Positions 27,509 to 38,145 are shown, counted from the first letter of the stretch. The stretch is 64,000 nucleotides of DNA from Sedimentisphaerales bacterium (GCA_963666285.1 OY762711.1); one strand, 5' to 3'. The notes: generated from the sequence alone by a model not told the origin. Numbers and translations are program-made.

Positions 27509-28903
27509 ATGTCAGAATCAAATCGAATAGAATTTAAACGAGAGTTGAGCGATTCCTTTGAAAGGGAGGTTGTTTCATTTCTTAATTATCATGAGGGCGG
27601 CGTTATATACATCGGCATTGATAATGATGGTTCGATTATTGGTGTTGAGGATGCTGATACTGTCCAGTTGCAGATAAAGGACAGGTTAAAGAATAATATA
27701 TTACCATCTTGTATGGGTTTGTTTGATGTTGTTTTGGAAAAACAGGAAGGGAAAGATGTTATCCGGGTGACAGTAGCTTCCGGTTCGGAGAAACCTTATT
27801 ATTTACGCAAGCAGGGAATGTCGGAAAAGGGCTGTTTTATACGAGTTGGCAGTGCTGCCGAGCCAATGCAAGGTAGAATGATAGAAGATTTGTTTTCCAG
27901 ACGCACTCGCAATAATCTCGGGCATATTAGATCTTTGCGACAGGATTTGGCATTTGAGCAGCTTAGAATATATTATCAAGAGAAAGGATTGACTCTGGGC
28001 GATAAGTTTGCGGCAAATCTTGAATTGCTGACAGAGGATGGAGCATATAATTATGCTGGTTATCTGATGGCTGATAGTAATGGTAATTCAGTTCAGGTAG
28101 CGAAATATCGTGGATTAGATAGGTTTGATTTGATTGATAGTGATGAGTATGGTTATTGTTCGTTAGTTAAGACATGCAAGCAGGTACTCGATAGACTTGA
28201 GGTGGAAAATCGTACTGCGGCCAGGATTACTTCGACAACGAGGGTGACAAGAAGGCTTTGGAATGCTGTAGCGCTGCGTGAGGCAGTAATAAATGCGATA
28301 GTTCATAACGACTATTCTAATGAAGCGGTACCGAAGTTTGAGATATTTGATGACCGGATCGAGATTACTTCGGCTGGGGCTATTGCGCCCGGAGTTGCTC
28401 GTGAAGAATTCTTTGCCGGATATTCAACGCCCAGGAATAAAATATTGATGCGAATATTTCGTGACCTGGAGATTGTGGAGTATCTAGGTTCTGGAATGCC
28501 TAGGATTCTGCAAGCTTATCCTAAGGATTCATTTATTTTTACGCCAAATTTCATTCGTATCGTATTTCCTATTGATGCGGTTGCGTTGGAGATGGAGGAA
28601 AATGGTATTGAATCTCAGATTACTGGTGCAATAGGTGGTGCAATAGGTGGTGCAATAGGTGGTGCAATAGGTGGTGCAATAGGTGGTGCAATAGGTGGTG
28701 CAATAGGATTGACAGATCGCCAAAAAGAAGTGTTGGAAATGATAAAGCTAGATAGTAAAGTAAGTTATAGAGGCATTGCGAGCAGCCTAAAAATTAATGG
28801 CTCGGCTGTTTTAAAACATATTGAAGCTTTAAAAGAAAAAGGATATTTAAGGCGAATAGGTGGCACTAGAGGGTATTGGGAGGTTATTGATGATGCAGAA
28901 TGA
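27509..28903 (+). CDS. AlbA_2 (Schlafen-like) + HATPase_c_4 (RecG C-terminal-like) + winged-HTH protein
   Basis: ESNRIEFK, SFLN..GGVIYIGI.NDG, ALREAVINAIVHNDY, DRIEITSAG, GSGM and a C-terminal HTH ending RIGGTRGYWEV. Confidence 0.85.
   Translation: MSESNRIEFKRELSDSFEREVVSFLNYHEGGVIYIGIDNDGSIIGVEDADTVQLQIKDRLKNNILPSCMGLFDVVLEKQEGKDVIRVTVASGSEKPYYLRKQGMSEKGCFIRVGSAAEPMQGRMIEDLFSRRTRNNLGHIRSLRQDLAFEQLRIYYQEKGLTLGDKFAANLELLTEDGAYNYAGYLMADSNGNSVQVAKYRGLDRFDLIDSDEYGYCSLVKTCKQVLDRLEVENRTAARITSTTRVTRRLWNAVALREAVINAIVHNDYSNEAVPKFEIFDDRIEITSAGAIAPGVAREEFFAGYSTPRNKILMRIFRDLEIVEYLGSGMPRILQAYPKDSFIFTPNFIRIVFPIDAVALEMEENGIESQITGAIGGAIGGAIGGAIGGAIGGAIGGAIGLTDRQKEVLEMIKLDSKVSYRGIASSLKINGSAVLKHIEALKEKGYLRRIGGTRGYWEVIDDAE
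28625..28708 (+). repeat. In-frame 12-bp tandem repeat (GGTGCAATAGGT, six perfect units plus one near-complete) encoding (GAIG)7
   Basis: Read directly from the sequence. Confidence 0.97.
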
Positions 28904-30095
28904 CAATAACAATCAGGAACGGCTTGGTGACCCCATGAGTGGTATGCCGGAGCCGGCTGAAAAAGCGGAGCCTAACGATTTTCAGCAAGAGGCAGAAAAG
29001 TATTCTGCCCGTGAAGGTGATCATGGTCTGGGCCTGCCGGAATTTGAACCGGAAAAAGCTCGGGTTTTGAGTGATATAGAGATTGCCGAGCATGCCAGGA
29101 AGCAGAACGAGCAGTTGCGTGAAGAGTTTGAGCTTAAGCTTCGTGAACTGGAAACCGCAGGCAGTGGCAAATGGCAGTTGCCCAAAGGTATTCGCAGTTT
29201 TCTGACATGGCTGATACTGGCGACTGCTTCCATACTAGGCTTGTTTTTGATAGGGCAGGGAGTATCTTTTGCCAATAATATCAAATCGATGGCTTATCCG
29301 TTCAACTGGATTGTTGGTTGCGGAGCCGGTCTGCTGGCGGTGGTATTGCTGCTGTTGATATTGAAACTGCTGGTTATGCTGGTCTGTTTACACAGCAGTC
29401 CCGGCATAAGCTTAAAGACTATGGAAGTTTTGCGGGAACGGCAGAGCTGGCAGCGGCTGGTAAAAGAACATGCCGAAAAAGCCCAGGGGAAATTGAAGAA
29501 ATACCTGGCGAACTATGAGCTTGGCGGAGAATCTCGTAAACGTCTGATAGCAGTTGGTCTAACCGAAGAGGAATATGACAGCATGGTTGCAGGTAAAGAG
29601 TTCCTGTTGAGTGGTGATGTTCCAATGTCTCCTGATGAATGGCTTGATCAGTTCAAATGCAGGTTCCAGTGTGTGCTGGATACGGTTGCGGCACGCCGAT
29701 CAAGGCAATATGCTGCCAAAGCCGGGTTTGGCACTGCTATATCTCCTGTAACTATAATTGACCAGACGGTAGTGTTATATTCATGTGTGGCATTAATCAA
29801 GGATCTGATGTTCATTTATCATCTCCGTCCGGCATTTGGCCAGACCGCGGTTATCTTATCGCGTGCAATTTTGAATACATATTTGAGCGGTATGCTGGAG
29901 GAAGTAACCGAAAAGGCTGCTGATACCGTGGCAGATTCTATTAACGAATGGTCCGGTGAGATGGCTGGTGTGCTTGGCTCTGGGCTTGGCAGGGCGATAG
30001 GAGCAAAAACAACCGAAGCCATGCTGAATGGTTTTTTAATCTGGCGTCTTGGGAAAAGAACTATATCTCAACTGCAACCGGTAAGAAACAAATAA
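28890..30095 (+). CDS. ycjF: YcjF / DUF697 family membrane protein
   Basis: GGAGG before ATG at 28890 or 28893; two TM helices; TAISP...D and Y..RP motifs; C-terminal NGFLIWRLG; near ycjX. Confidence 0.75.
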   Translation: MMQNDNNNQERLGDPMSGMPEPAEKAEPNDFQQEAEKYSAREGDHGLGLPEFEPEKARVLSDIEIAEHARKQNEQLREEFELKLRELETAGSGKWQLPKGIRSFLTWLILATASILGLFLIGQGVSFANNIKSMAYPFNWIVGCGAGLLAVVLLLLILKLLVMLVCLHSSPGISLKTMEVLRERQSWQRLVKEHAEKAQGKLKKYLANYELGGESRKRLIAVGLTEEEYDSMVAGKEFLLSGDVPMSPDEWLDQFKCRFQCVLDTVAARRSRQYAAKAGFGTAISPVTIIDQTVVLYSCVALIKDLMFIYHLRPAFGQTAVILSRAILNTYLSGMLEEVTEKAADTVADSINEWSGEMAGVLGSGLGRAIGAKTTEAMLNGFLIWRLGKRTISQLQPVRNK

Positions 30096-30114
30096 ATTAC
30101 GAAGGAAGTATAAT

Positions 30115-31707
30115 TTGGAAGATTCAAAATCGAAACTAATGATATATTTACTGCTGTTTGCCGCTTGGTTTATTATGTTCTTACCGGGGCTGGGAGTAGT
30201 TGAGCTTAAAGGTGAGGAAGGCCGGCGTACATTGCCCGGCATTGAGATGCTGCAGAATGGCAACTGGTCAATGTGCTATTTGAGTGGCCGCCCATACTAT
30301 AGTAAGCCGCCAATGATAAATTGGCTTTCCGTCGGCTCAATTGTGCTTTGGGGCGAGCAAAGCGAGTTTGCGGTTCGGTTCCCTTCTGCATTTTTTATTC
30401 TCCTGTATGTGGCAATGCTGGTTGTTGTGCCAAATAGAGCTCTAAGTTTTGATAAAAGAGTTATTGCTGCTGTGTTATTTATGACTACATTAAGCATAAT
30501 GGAGAAAGGCCGCCAGATCGAAATTGAAGCTGTATATGTTAGCATGTCGGCGATGGCGTGTTACTGGTGGCTCCGCGGCTGGTTAGGGCGGTACAATGCC
30601 TGGTCGATGTGGTTGGGGACATCAGTTTTTATAACAATGGGTATGCTTACCAAGGGGCCGGTTATTCTTCTGGTTTTCTATGCAATGGTATTATTTATTA
30701 TTGTTTCAGAGAAAAGATGGGCAGCCCTTATCAATCCTGCTCATATTTTATCGATAGTGGTTTGGGCTGGCATATTCCTGTATTGGTCAAGCCTGGCCAG
30801 TGGTAGCGGTGGTGGTGATGCCGAGGCTATGGCAGGCAATTGGGCCAAGGAAATCCTTATTCGATTTTCTCCAAGTATGATAGATTGGAACGAAAGATGG
30901 GAAACTTTTTATCGTACTGCACTGAACCCTATGCCTTGGCTTCTGGCTGCGCCGATGCTCTGGAAAAAGAAATACCTGGATTCTATCGAACCGGAATTTC
31001 AGAAACCGTTTAGGGCGATTCGAAACGCAATAGTTGTTGTAGTAATATTTCTTACTCTTATGCCAAATTCATTTGCTCGGTATAGTATGCCTGCAATACC
31101 TTTATTTTGCTTGTTGCTGGGTTGGCTTTTACCTGCTGTTCCGGGAGATTTTAAAAAGGAGTATGTTAATCGGCAACTATTATGTATGGCTGCAAGTGCT
31201 ATAACTCTTGTGTCGTTGGTAATGCTGTTTGTTATGGATAAGACGATCTGGGGTGGTGTTGCCCTGGCAGCTTCTATAATTGCAGCAGCAGGGTTGAATA
31301 AGTATAAGCTTCAAATATCAGGAATGCGAAATACTCTACTTGCTTTATTGGTTGTGCTGTCTGTCTGTATGGCAAATTTCGGGGTTTATGGCGGTCAGGT
31401 AGAAATGAAGGAAACAGACAGTAAACATCATGGTCTTAAAATATGCGAAGTTTTGCCGGTTAATAGTGTTCTTTATGCCTATGATCAGGGAAACCAGATA
31501 TTTTTGTTTTATGTACGTGAACCACTGGAATATATAGTTGAACCGGAAGAAATTACTGATAAAGTTAAATATTTATTGATCAAAGAGGCAGACTTCAATT
31601 CTCCTGAAGTTCAGAATATGGTTAGCAGTAGAGATTATGAAGTTTTATACGATTTTGTCTATCGTAAAACCAGGGGTAAATTTCTATTGCTAAAATTTAC
31701 TGGGTGA
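30115..31707 (+). CDS. ArnT/PMT-like (GT39/GT83) integral membrane glycosyltransferase
   Basis: EEGRR...EM, PYYSKPPM, AVRFPS and LTKGPV motifs; many TM helices. Confidence 0.85.
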   Translation: MEDSKSKLMIYLLLFAAWFIMFLPGLGVVELKGEEGRRTLPGIEMLQNGNWSMCYLSGRPYYSKPPMINWLSVGSIVLWGEQSEFAVRFPSAFFILLYVAMLVVVPNRALSFDKRVIAAVLFMTTLSIMEKGRQIEIEAVYVSMSAMACYWWLRGWLGRYNAWSMWLGTSVFITMGMLTKGPVILLVFYAMVLFIIVSEKRWAALINPAHILSIVVWAGIFLYWSSLASGSGGGDAEAMAGNWAKEILIRFSPSMIDWNERWETFYRTALNPMPWLLAAPMLWKKKYLDSIEPEFQKPFRAIRNAIVVVVIFLTLMPNSFARYSMPAIPLFCLLLGWLLPAVPGDFKKEYVNRQLLCMAASAITLVSLVMLFVMDKTIWGGVALAASIIAAAGLNKYKLQISGMRNTLLALLVVLSVCMANFGVYGGQVEMKETDSKHHGLKICEVLPVNSVLYAYDQGNQIFLFYVREPLEYIVEPEEITDKVKYLLIKEADFNSPEVQNMVSSRDYEVLYDFVYRKTRGKFLLLKFTG

Positions 31708-32161
31708 CTTGTGTGGTAGGCCATTTTGTATGAAAGAATAGTGTTAATGTTCCGATAATATGATTTTACTTTATTAGATGTGGATGATTTTTTTGTATTC
31801 GGTTCATATTTAAGTCCTATATGATTACCCTGCTTATCGTATTGTAACTTTTTTTACAGTAAAATATTGACGATTGCTGGATTTAATAGTACTGATAATC
31901 AACTTGGGACAGTTCTTTGGGGTAAAATAGTATTTTTGTCAGTATAATTACTATTTATGAGTCGATATTACTCAGGAAAAATATCAGATTGACATTTTGG
32001 GTGTGTGATATATGGCGAAATGTCAGGCTAGGGTTTTGAGTTGTTTGCATTGATATAGTATAGCCCTTATTTATTGTATATATTATATATGTTTTTAACA
32101 TAATAGTAAGAAAAGCCCCTGCAATCTGATTGTTAAAATTGATTGTATATGTGTATGGCTT

Positions 32162-34432
32162 ATGTTGGCTGATCAAAACAATACAAAGTTAAAATCTCTT
32201 GGTAATGAGATGTTTTCATTGCTGGCTGGTCTTGTTAATTGCAAAGATTCGCTTCAGATGATTGATACATTTGTTGAGGCTATAAACCAATTCTCAGAGA
32301 GCTTTTCAGTTGTTTTTTCTAAAGAAGTTCCTTCTGAACCTGTTGAGTTACTTTGCCTGGGGACAGATAAAAATATTTATGGGTATATGGTTATTGATGG
32401 TGATATGCATGTTGTTTCACCTGAATTTCCTGTTTTGTTTAAGAATTCGGTTTTTATGCTTGCTGTGTTGTTGGAAAAGTTTCATCAGGATAAACTATTG
32501 GAAAAGGAAAGGCTTTTGCTGAATAGTCGAATAGATCAGGCAGAAGAGTCTTTGGCTGAAAGTGAAGAAAGATATCGTCTTGCGATGCAGGCTGTTAATG
32601 ACGGCATGTTTGATCTCGATGTTACCACCGGTGAGGTTGTTTTTAGTGATAGATGGTATACTATGCTTGGTTATGAGCCGGGAGAACTTCCTAATGTATA
32701 TGCAACATGGAAGAGTCTACTGCCGCCGGATATGGCAGATGAAATTGAAAACGAGTTATGGCGAATTATGGAATCTCAGGAACATTGGGAAATGGAATTT
32801 CAAATGCTTCGAAAAGATGGCCGTTGGGCATGGATTCTTGCAAGGGGGCAGATTATAAAGAGAGATGAAGGTGGTTGTCCTGTACGTATTATTGGCACTC
32901 ATATAGATATTACAGCCAGGAAGAATGCGGAAAGAGAGTTGGAGGAGTATAAGGGGCATCTTGAAGAGTTGGTTGAAGATAGGGCAAAAGAGCTTAAATT
33001 GTTGAATCAGAGGTACAATCTTGCTTTAGATGCAACTGGTACAGGTGTTTGGGAATGGGATCCGCGAACAGATATTACAGTAACAAATGAAGCTTGGCTT
33101 AATATATTTGGATTTGATAGAATTAATCCGGGGGAGGATTATGGAGAATTTTGGATCAATCATGTTCATCCGGAAGATAGAGGACGTGTAGCAGAGTGTC
33201 TTCAAAAGCATGTTGACAATGAGCTGGATATGTTTGATATGGAATATCGTTATCAGCTGCCTGGGAGAGACTGGATTTGGCTGCATGTTGTCGGAAGAGC
33301 TGTCGAACGAGATTGTAATGGAAAAGCGTTAAGAGTAATTGGAATTTGTAATGATGTAACTGACCAAAAAAATATTGATTTACAATTGAAACTGAAAAAT
33401 AAGGAACTGGCAGAAACTGTTGAACAGCTACAGGCGACTCAGAGTCAGCTAATTTTGTTTGAAAAGATGGCTGCTTTGAAGCATTTGATTGCTGGTATTG
33501 CTCATGAGATCAATACACCTCTAGGTGCTATCAGCAGTTCGCGTGAAGTTTTGTTATCACATTTAAAAGGTGCGGTTGATTCGATTCCTCGATTAGCAAA
33601 ATGGCTCCAAGGGCCTTACGGAGATCTTGTTAGAAGTCTTATTATTAGTAATTTTGAGTATAATGTTGATGATATCCTTATGTCATCGCGGGAAAAAAGG
33701 GCCAGGAGACATGAGATTGTAGATATTTTGTATAAAGCCGGTGTGCCAAAGGCAGAAGATGTTGCGTATAAAATAATTGAGATGAGATTGTATAAAGATA
33801 TTGATCCATTACTGCTAATGCTGAAGGACGTGAGTGGGTATGAAATACTTTGCGATATAGCAAAAATTGTAGATTCAATTCTTGCATGCGAGACAATTAA
33901 GACTGCTGTTGCCAAGGCTTCAAAAACTGTCATGGCGTTAAATAATTATATCAGACGTGGAAATGGTTCTGGTTCGGAAGATGGTAAGGCAAATATAGAT
34001 GTACGGATGAGTATTGATAATGTTCTGGTGCTGTTTCATAATGCCATCAAAAAAAGTGTTAGCTTAAATGTCGTATATGATGATGACTTACCTGAAATAT
34101 ATGGCAATAGTGACGAATTAAATCAGGTTTGGACAAATATAATCCAGAATGCTTTACAGGCTATGGATAATAATGGTACATTGGATATATCTGCCAAAAG
34201 AGTTGAAAATGGTGTGAAGATTGATATTGTAGATAATGGGTGTGGAATGGGACCGGAAGTAAAAGAGAAGATTTTTGAACCGCTTTATACCACAAAACCG
34301 GCCGGAGAAGGTACTGGCTTGGGTATGGATATTGTCAGGAAGATCATTGTTGATAATCATAATGGAAAAATTAATGTTGAAAGTGAATCCGGCAAAGGGA
34401 CTACTGTTTCGGTATGGCTCCCGGAAAAGTGA
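32162..34432 (+). CDS. PAS/PAC sensor histidine kinase (orphan)
   Basis: Two PAS-PAC units; H-box IAHEINTP; QVWTNIIQNA, DNGCG and GTGLG HATPase motifs. Confidence 0.93.
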   Translation: MLADQNNTKLKSLGNEMFSLLAGLVNCKDSLQMIDTFVEAINQFSESFSVVFSKEVPSEPVELLCLGTDKNIYGYMVIDGDMHVVSPEFPVLFKNSVFMLAVLLEKFHQDKLLEKERLLLNSRIDQAEESLAESEERYRLAMQAVNDGMFDLDVTTGEVVFSDRWYTMLGYEPGELPNVYATWKSLLPPDMADEIENELWRIMESQEHWEMEFQMLRKDGRWAWILARGQIIKRDEGGCPVRIIGTHIDITARKNAERELEEYKGHLEELVEDRAKELKLLNQRYNLALDATGTGVWEWDPRTDITVTNEAWLNIFGFDRINPGEDYGEFWINHVHPEDRGRVAECLQKHVDNELDMFDMEYRYQLPGRDWIWLHVVGRAVERDCNGKALRVIGICNDVTDQKNIDLQLKLKNKELAETVEQLQATQSQLILFEKMAALKHLIAGIAHEINTPLGAISSSREVLLSHLKGAVDSIPRLAKWLQGPYGDLVRSLIISNFEYNVDDILMSSREKRARRHEIVDILYKAGVPKAEDVAYKIIEMRLYKDIDPLLLMLKDVSGYEILCDIAKIVDSILACETIKTAVAKASKTVMALNNYIRRGNGSGSEDGKANIDVRMSIDNVLVLFHNAIKKSVSLNVVYDDDLPEIYGNSDELNQVWTNIIQNALQAMDNNGTLDISAKRVENGVKIDIVDNGCGMGPEVKEKIFEPLYTTKPAGEGTGLGMDIVRKIIVDNHNGKINVESESGKGTTVSVWLPEK

Positions 34433-34550
34433 TATGGAGTCGTAAGATTATTTGTAGATTTTTTTTGTTTTTGTTTGTGTTTTTACGTTGCATCCAGTAA
34501 CTATATTTTGACGTTGCATTATAGCGTATCATTATATTATAATTAGAGTT

Positions 34551-35459
34551 ATGAGAGAACTACGAGACAAGACAAAACAGAAGATACTGGACAATATTGC
34601 GGTGCTACCGTCGCTAATTACCCTTTGTAACGGTTTATGTGGATTTGCATCAATTACCTTCGCTATGCGAGGGATGGCAGACCCGGAAGGGCACTGGCTT
34701 CAGAATCCGCAAGTTTCGTATTTTACTGCAGCTGCATGGTTTATCGGCATTGGAATGATTTGCGATGGTCTTGATGGATTTGTTGCTCGTAAGTCCGGAA
34801 GTATGAGTGATTTTGGTGGTCAGTTGGATTCTATGTCTGATATCATAACTTTTGGTATAGCACCGGCAATACTCATGCTTACTGTTCTGGATAGTTCCTG
34901 GAAAGGAATGATAGGTCCGGTAGGCCCAATTTTCGGGGGGTGGTCTGGTAAGCTTCTCTGGACGGTTGCGGCTCTTTATGTTGCCTGTGCTATGCTGAGA
35001 TTGGCCAAATTCAATGTTGAAACTGATACAGATGAAAGTTCTCATAGTAAATTTAGTGGCATGCCGTCTCCCGGTGCTGCCGGGGTTGTAGGTTCACTGG
35101 TCTTGCTATATAGCGATTTCCTCCCTGAACTGCAAAGTGGGGTACCGTGTCCGGGTGTAGTAAATGCGACTTCAAAATTTATTGTATTCACTTTACCTAT
35201 TTTTACAATTATGGTTTCGCTTCTTATGGTCAGTAGTGTAGAGTATTCTCACGTTGTCAGCCGATATATTCGGGGTAGAAAGCCGTTTGAACACCTGGCA
35301 ATGTTGGTTATCATTTTAGTGCTTTTATCGTGGATACCACAGGTTACTCTGGCTGTAGCAGCTCAAATTTATTTATTCAGCGGTATAATCCATTATATTC
35401 ATGTTCGTAAAGGGGAAAAGGTTAAGTCCATTGATAATAGTGTCCACAATGGTTTATAG
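34551..35459 (+). CDS. pssA: CDP-alcohol phosphatidyltransferase (phosphatidylserine synthase-like)
   Basis: DGLDGFVAR...FGGQLDSMSD signature; RLAKFN; F.GMPSP. Confidence 0.85.
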   Translation: MRELRDKTKQKILDNIAVLPSLITLCNGLCGFASITFAMRGMADPEGHWLQNPQVSYFTAAAWFIGIGMICDGLDGFVARKSGSMSDFGGQLDSMSDIITFGIAPAILMLTVLDSSWKGMIGPVGPIFGGWSGKLLWTVAALYVACAMLRLAKFNVETDTDESSHSKFSGMPSPGAAGVVGSLVLLYSDFLPELQSGVPCPGVVNATSKFIVFTLPIFTIMVSLLMVSSVEYSHVVSRYIRGRKPFEHLAMLVIILVLLSWIPQVTLAVAAQIYLFSGIIHYIHVRKGEKVKSIDNSVHNGL

Positions 35460-35500
35460 TTTTTAAGGTTTGAGAAAAGAAGCGATTTTTGAGGAAAGTT

Positions 35501-36367
35501 ATGATAAAAAAAGCTGTTATTCCTGCCGCAGGTTTTGGAACTAGATTTTTACCGGCTACCAAGAGTCAACCCAAAGAAATGCTTCCGATAGTTGATACTC
35601 CGGTTATTCAATATGTGATAGAAGAAGCTGTTGCTTCTGGCATAACTGATATCTTAATGGTAATTGGAGCAGGCAAGAGAGCGATTGAAGAACATTTCGA
35701 CCGTAGTTTTATGCTTGAGGATAGGTTGAACGCCAAAGGTGATACTGAGATGCTTGGCCGGATGAAGAAAATATCTGAGATGGCTGATATTCACTTTGTC
35801 TGGCAAAAGGAGCAGAAGGGGCTAGGCGATGCTGTATATTGTGCCAGACACCATATCAATAATGAGCCGTTTATGGTAATGCTTGGTGATACAGTTATTG
35901 ATAGTGTCGAACCTGCTGCGTCTCAGCTTATTAATGTATACAATCGTTATCATTCGCCGGTAACTCTGCTGGAAGAGGTGCCACGCGAAAAGGTCAGTCG
36001 TTATGGTGTAATGGATGGTAAAGAGATTGACGTTGATTTATTTCAGGTAAATGATTTTGTGGAGAAGCCTTCTGTTGAAGAGGCTCCATCTAATTTAGTT
36101 ATTGCAAGCAGGTATATTTTGACTGCAGATATCTTTGGCTATCTTGCAGAGACTAAGCCTGGCAAAGGCGGAGAAATACAGCTTACCGATGCGATGCGGA
36201 TGATGGTAAAAGACAGGGCTATGTACGGTTTGAGGCTGCATGGAAAACGCTGTGATATTGGCAACAAGGAAGGTTTTGTTAAGACCAATATAGAATTTGC
36301 CCTGAAGAGAAATGACATGAACGAAGATCTAAAAGTGTATATAAAGGAATTAGCCAGGAGTTTGTAG
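35501..36367 (+). CDS. galU: UTP--glucose-1-phosphate uridylyltransferase
   Basis: KAVIPAAGFGTRFLPATK..PKEMLP, VEKP and GEIQLTDA motifs. Confidence 0.96.
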   Translation: MIKKAVIPAAGFGTRFLPATKSQPKEMLPIVDTPVIQYVIEEAVASGITDILMVIGAGKRAIEEHFDRSFMLEDRLNAKGDTEMLGRMKKISEMADIHFVWQKEQKGLGDAVYCARHHINNEPFMVMLGDTVIDSVEPAASQLINVYNRYHSPVTLLEEVPREKVSRYGVMDGKEIDVDLFQVNDFVEKPSVEEAPSNLVIASRYILTADIFGYLAETKPGKGGEIQLTDAMRMMVKDRAMYGLRLHGKRCDIGNKEGFVKTNIEFALKRNDMNEDLKVYIKELARSL

Positions 36368-36414
36368 GTTCCTATCTGCATTGAAGACAGTTTGTCATGG
36401 AAATACCTTAATTA

Positions 36415-36442
36415 AGCCTCGTGAAAAAACGAGGTTTTTTTA
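36415..36442 (+). terminator. Intrinsic terminator after galU
   Basis: AAGCCTCGT / ACGAGGTTT stem followed by a T run. Confidence 0.75.
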
Positions 36443-36587
36443 TGGCTAAAGATTTTTTAATAAATAACGTTATATATTTTCAATTTTGGCAGACATATTT
36501 ATTAGAGATAACTTAAGTAATATTTTTGTATATCGATAATATGATATGTTTTGTTTTATATAACCACTTATTTTAGGAGATCTTATC

Positions 36588-36962
36588 ATGAAACAGGCAA
36601 CAAGGATTTTAACTGTATTTATGCTCGTTGGTGTTCTTGCGGTGTTAAGCTATGCAAACTCTGCTAATAAAGGCGACGACCCGTCTATAACCGTTTCTCC
36701 ATCAACTTTAGTGCTGAAGGCACCTGTCAAAAGTATATCTGTTCATTCAAATCTTCCTTATTCTTTGGTTAATCCGGATTCAGTAACACTCGAGGGAGTG
36801 GCAGCAAGTTCTGTAGCAGCTGATGATCTGGGCGATATGGTAGCTAAATTTGACGTTGATGCCATCGCCGAAGTTGTGGAAGTTGGCGAGCAGACTCTAA
36901 CTCTGACATGCATTTTTGATGGTGAAGAAATTAGTATTGAAGACAGCATAAGAGTTAAATAG
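36588..36962 (+). CDS. Small secreted hypothetical protein
   Basis: AGGAG ribosome-binding site; signal peptide; 124 aa, beta-rich. Confidence 0.75.
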   Translation: MKQATRILTVFMLVGVLAVLSYANSANKGDDPSITVSPSTLVLKAPVKSISVHSNLPYSLVNPDSVTLEGVAASSVAADDLGDMVAKFDVDAIAEVVEVGEQTLTLTCIFDGEEISIEDSIRVK

Positions 36963-36995
36963 CCATTTCGCATCTAACTCTCTGGGAGTGAGTAA

Positions 36996-37035
36996 AAGCC
37001 TCGATAAGGAGTACCTTACCGGGGCTTACTTTTTT
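36996..37035 (+). terminator. Intrinsic terminator
   Basis: AAGCCTCG-A-TAAGG / CCTTA-C-CGGGGCTT hairpin followed by a T run. Confidence 0.7.
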
Positions 37036-37230
37036 GATCATTTGGGTGTGTTCAATTCTCAAAATGTTATGACAAAAATGCATGAAAGACAGTTTTACTG
37101 TTTTGGTTTACCTATATTCTGGTTTTATAAAAAAGCTTGCTAAAATAGCTAAAATCCAATATTATAAGATGTTTTACTGTATAGTGCGGTAATTGTAAGT
37201 ACTTGTGAAATAACGAATTGGAGTTTTGTG

Positions 37231-38031
37231 ATGCCAAAAGTCGCTTCTTCTGCCTCGATAGCCGGCTCTGCAGTTCTCGGCAATGATGTCGTAATTGGTC
37301 CGGGCTGTATTATCGAGGATAATGTTGAAATAGGCAATGGTACTCAGTTGAAAGCAAATATTCTGGTATGTAAAGGTACGAAAATTGGCAAAAATAATCG
37401 TATTTTTCATGGCTGTGTTCTTGGTGAGGAGCCTCAGGATATCTCAACAGTTGATCCGGAAACAGAACTTATTATTGGTGATGATAATATTATTCGTGAA
37501 TATGCTACCATACATAGAGGTTCAGTCAAAGGTGGCGGAAAGACCGTTGTCGGCAATAAAAATTACCTTATGGTCAATAGCCATCTAGGCCACGATTGCA
37601 TTATTGGCAATAATATTGTTATTACAAATTCCTGTATGCTTTCCGGCCACGTAATGGTTGAAGATAATGCCTGGCTGGCTGGCGGAGTAGCGGTTCATCA
37701 GTTTACCACGATTGGCAGGTTTGCTTATATTGCCGGTTATAGTGCGGTCACCCAGGATATCCCGCCGTTTTTGCGTTTTTCCGGTAATGGTCCGTGTGTG
37801 GCTAAGGCTGTTAATAGTATTGGGCTTACCAGAAACGGATTTAGCCCGGAGTCTGTAATTGAAATAAAAAATGCCTTCAAGGAAATATTTATCAGACGCA
37901 AAAGTGAATCTATTGAAGTGGTGGTAAAGGAAATTCTTGCTCGTAACGAAATCGATGAAAATGTGCAGTATATGCTGGGATTTATGCAAAAAAGTTTTGC
38001 CAGTCCCAAGAGGAGATTTCGGCAGATTTAG
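37231..38031 (+). CDS. lpxA: UDP-N-acetylglucosamine O-acyltransferase, paralogue 1
   Basis: Hexapeptide repeats; PQD, IRE..TIHRG, HLGHDC, VHQF and QDIPPF motifs. Confidence 0.88.
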   Translation: MPKVASSASIAGSAVLGNDVVIGPGCIIEDNVEIGNGTQLKANILVCKGTKIGKNNRIFHGCVLGEEPQDISTVDPETELIIGDDNIIREYATIHRGSVKGGGKTVVGNKNYLMVNSHLGHDCIIGNNIVITNSCMLSGHVMVEDNAWLAGGVAVHQFTTIGRFAYIAGYSAVTQDIPPFLRFSGNGPCVAKAVNSIGLTRNGFSPESVIEIKNAFKEIFIRRKSESIEVVVKEILARNEIDENVQYMLGFMQKSFASPKRRFRQI

Positions 38032-38145
38032 CTGATTGATTAAGAGAATCCGGGTTTTGGCTTTATTTTGTTATATTGATAAAGGCATACCTTGTAGACA
38101 AGCCCTTTGGCTGTAGATATGAAAAATAGGATATAGATAGAACAA

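Noticed and set aside
28625..28708. Tandem repeat as a CRISPR array
   Set aside because: Contiguous 12-bp units with no spacers, in frame within a CDS, and no cas genes in the window.
28529..28723. Minus-strand ORF with (TTYC)n repeats as a Cys-rich peptide or RiPP precursor
   Set aside because: It is the antisense reading of the GAIG repeat inside a well-supported gene.
32093..32120. XerD-like arm TTTAACATAA
   Set aside because: No XerC-like arm at the 6-bp spacing; likely chance in AT-rich DNA.
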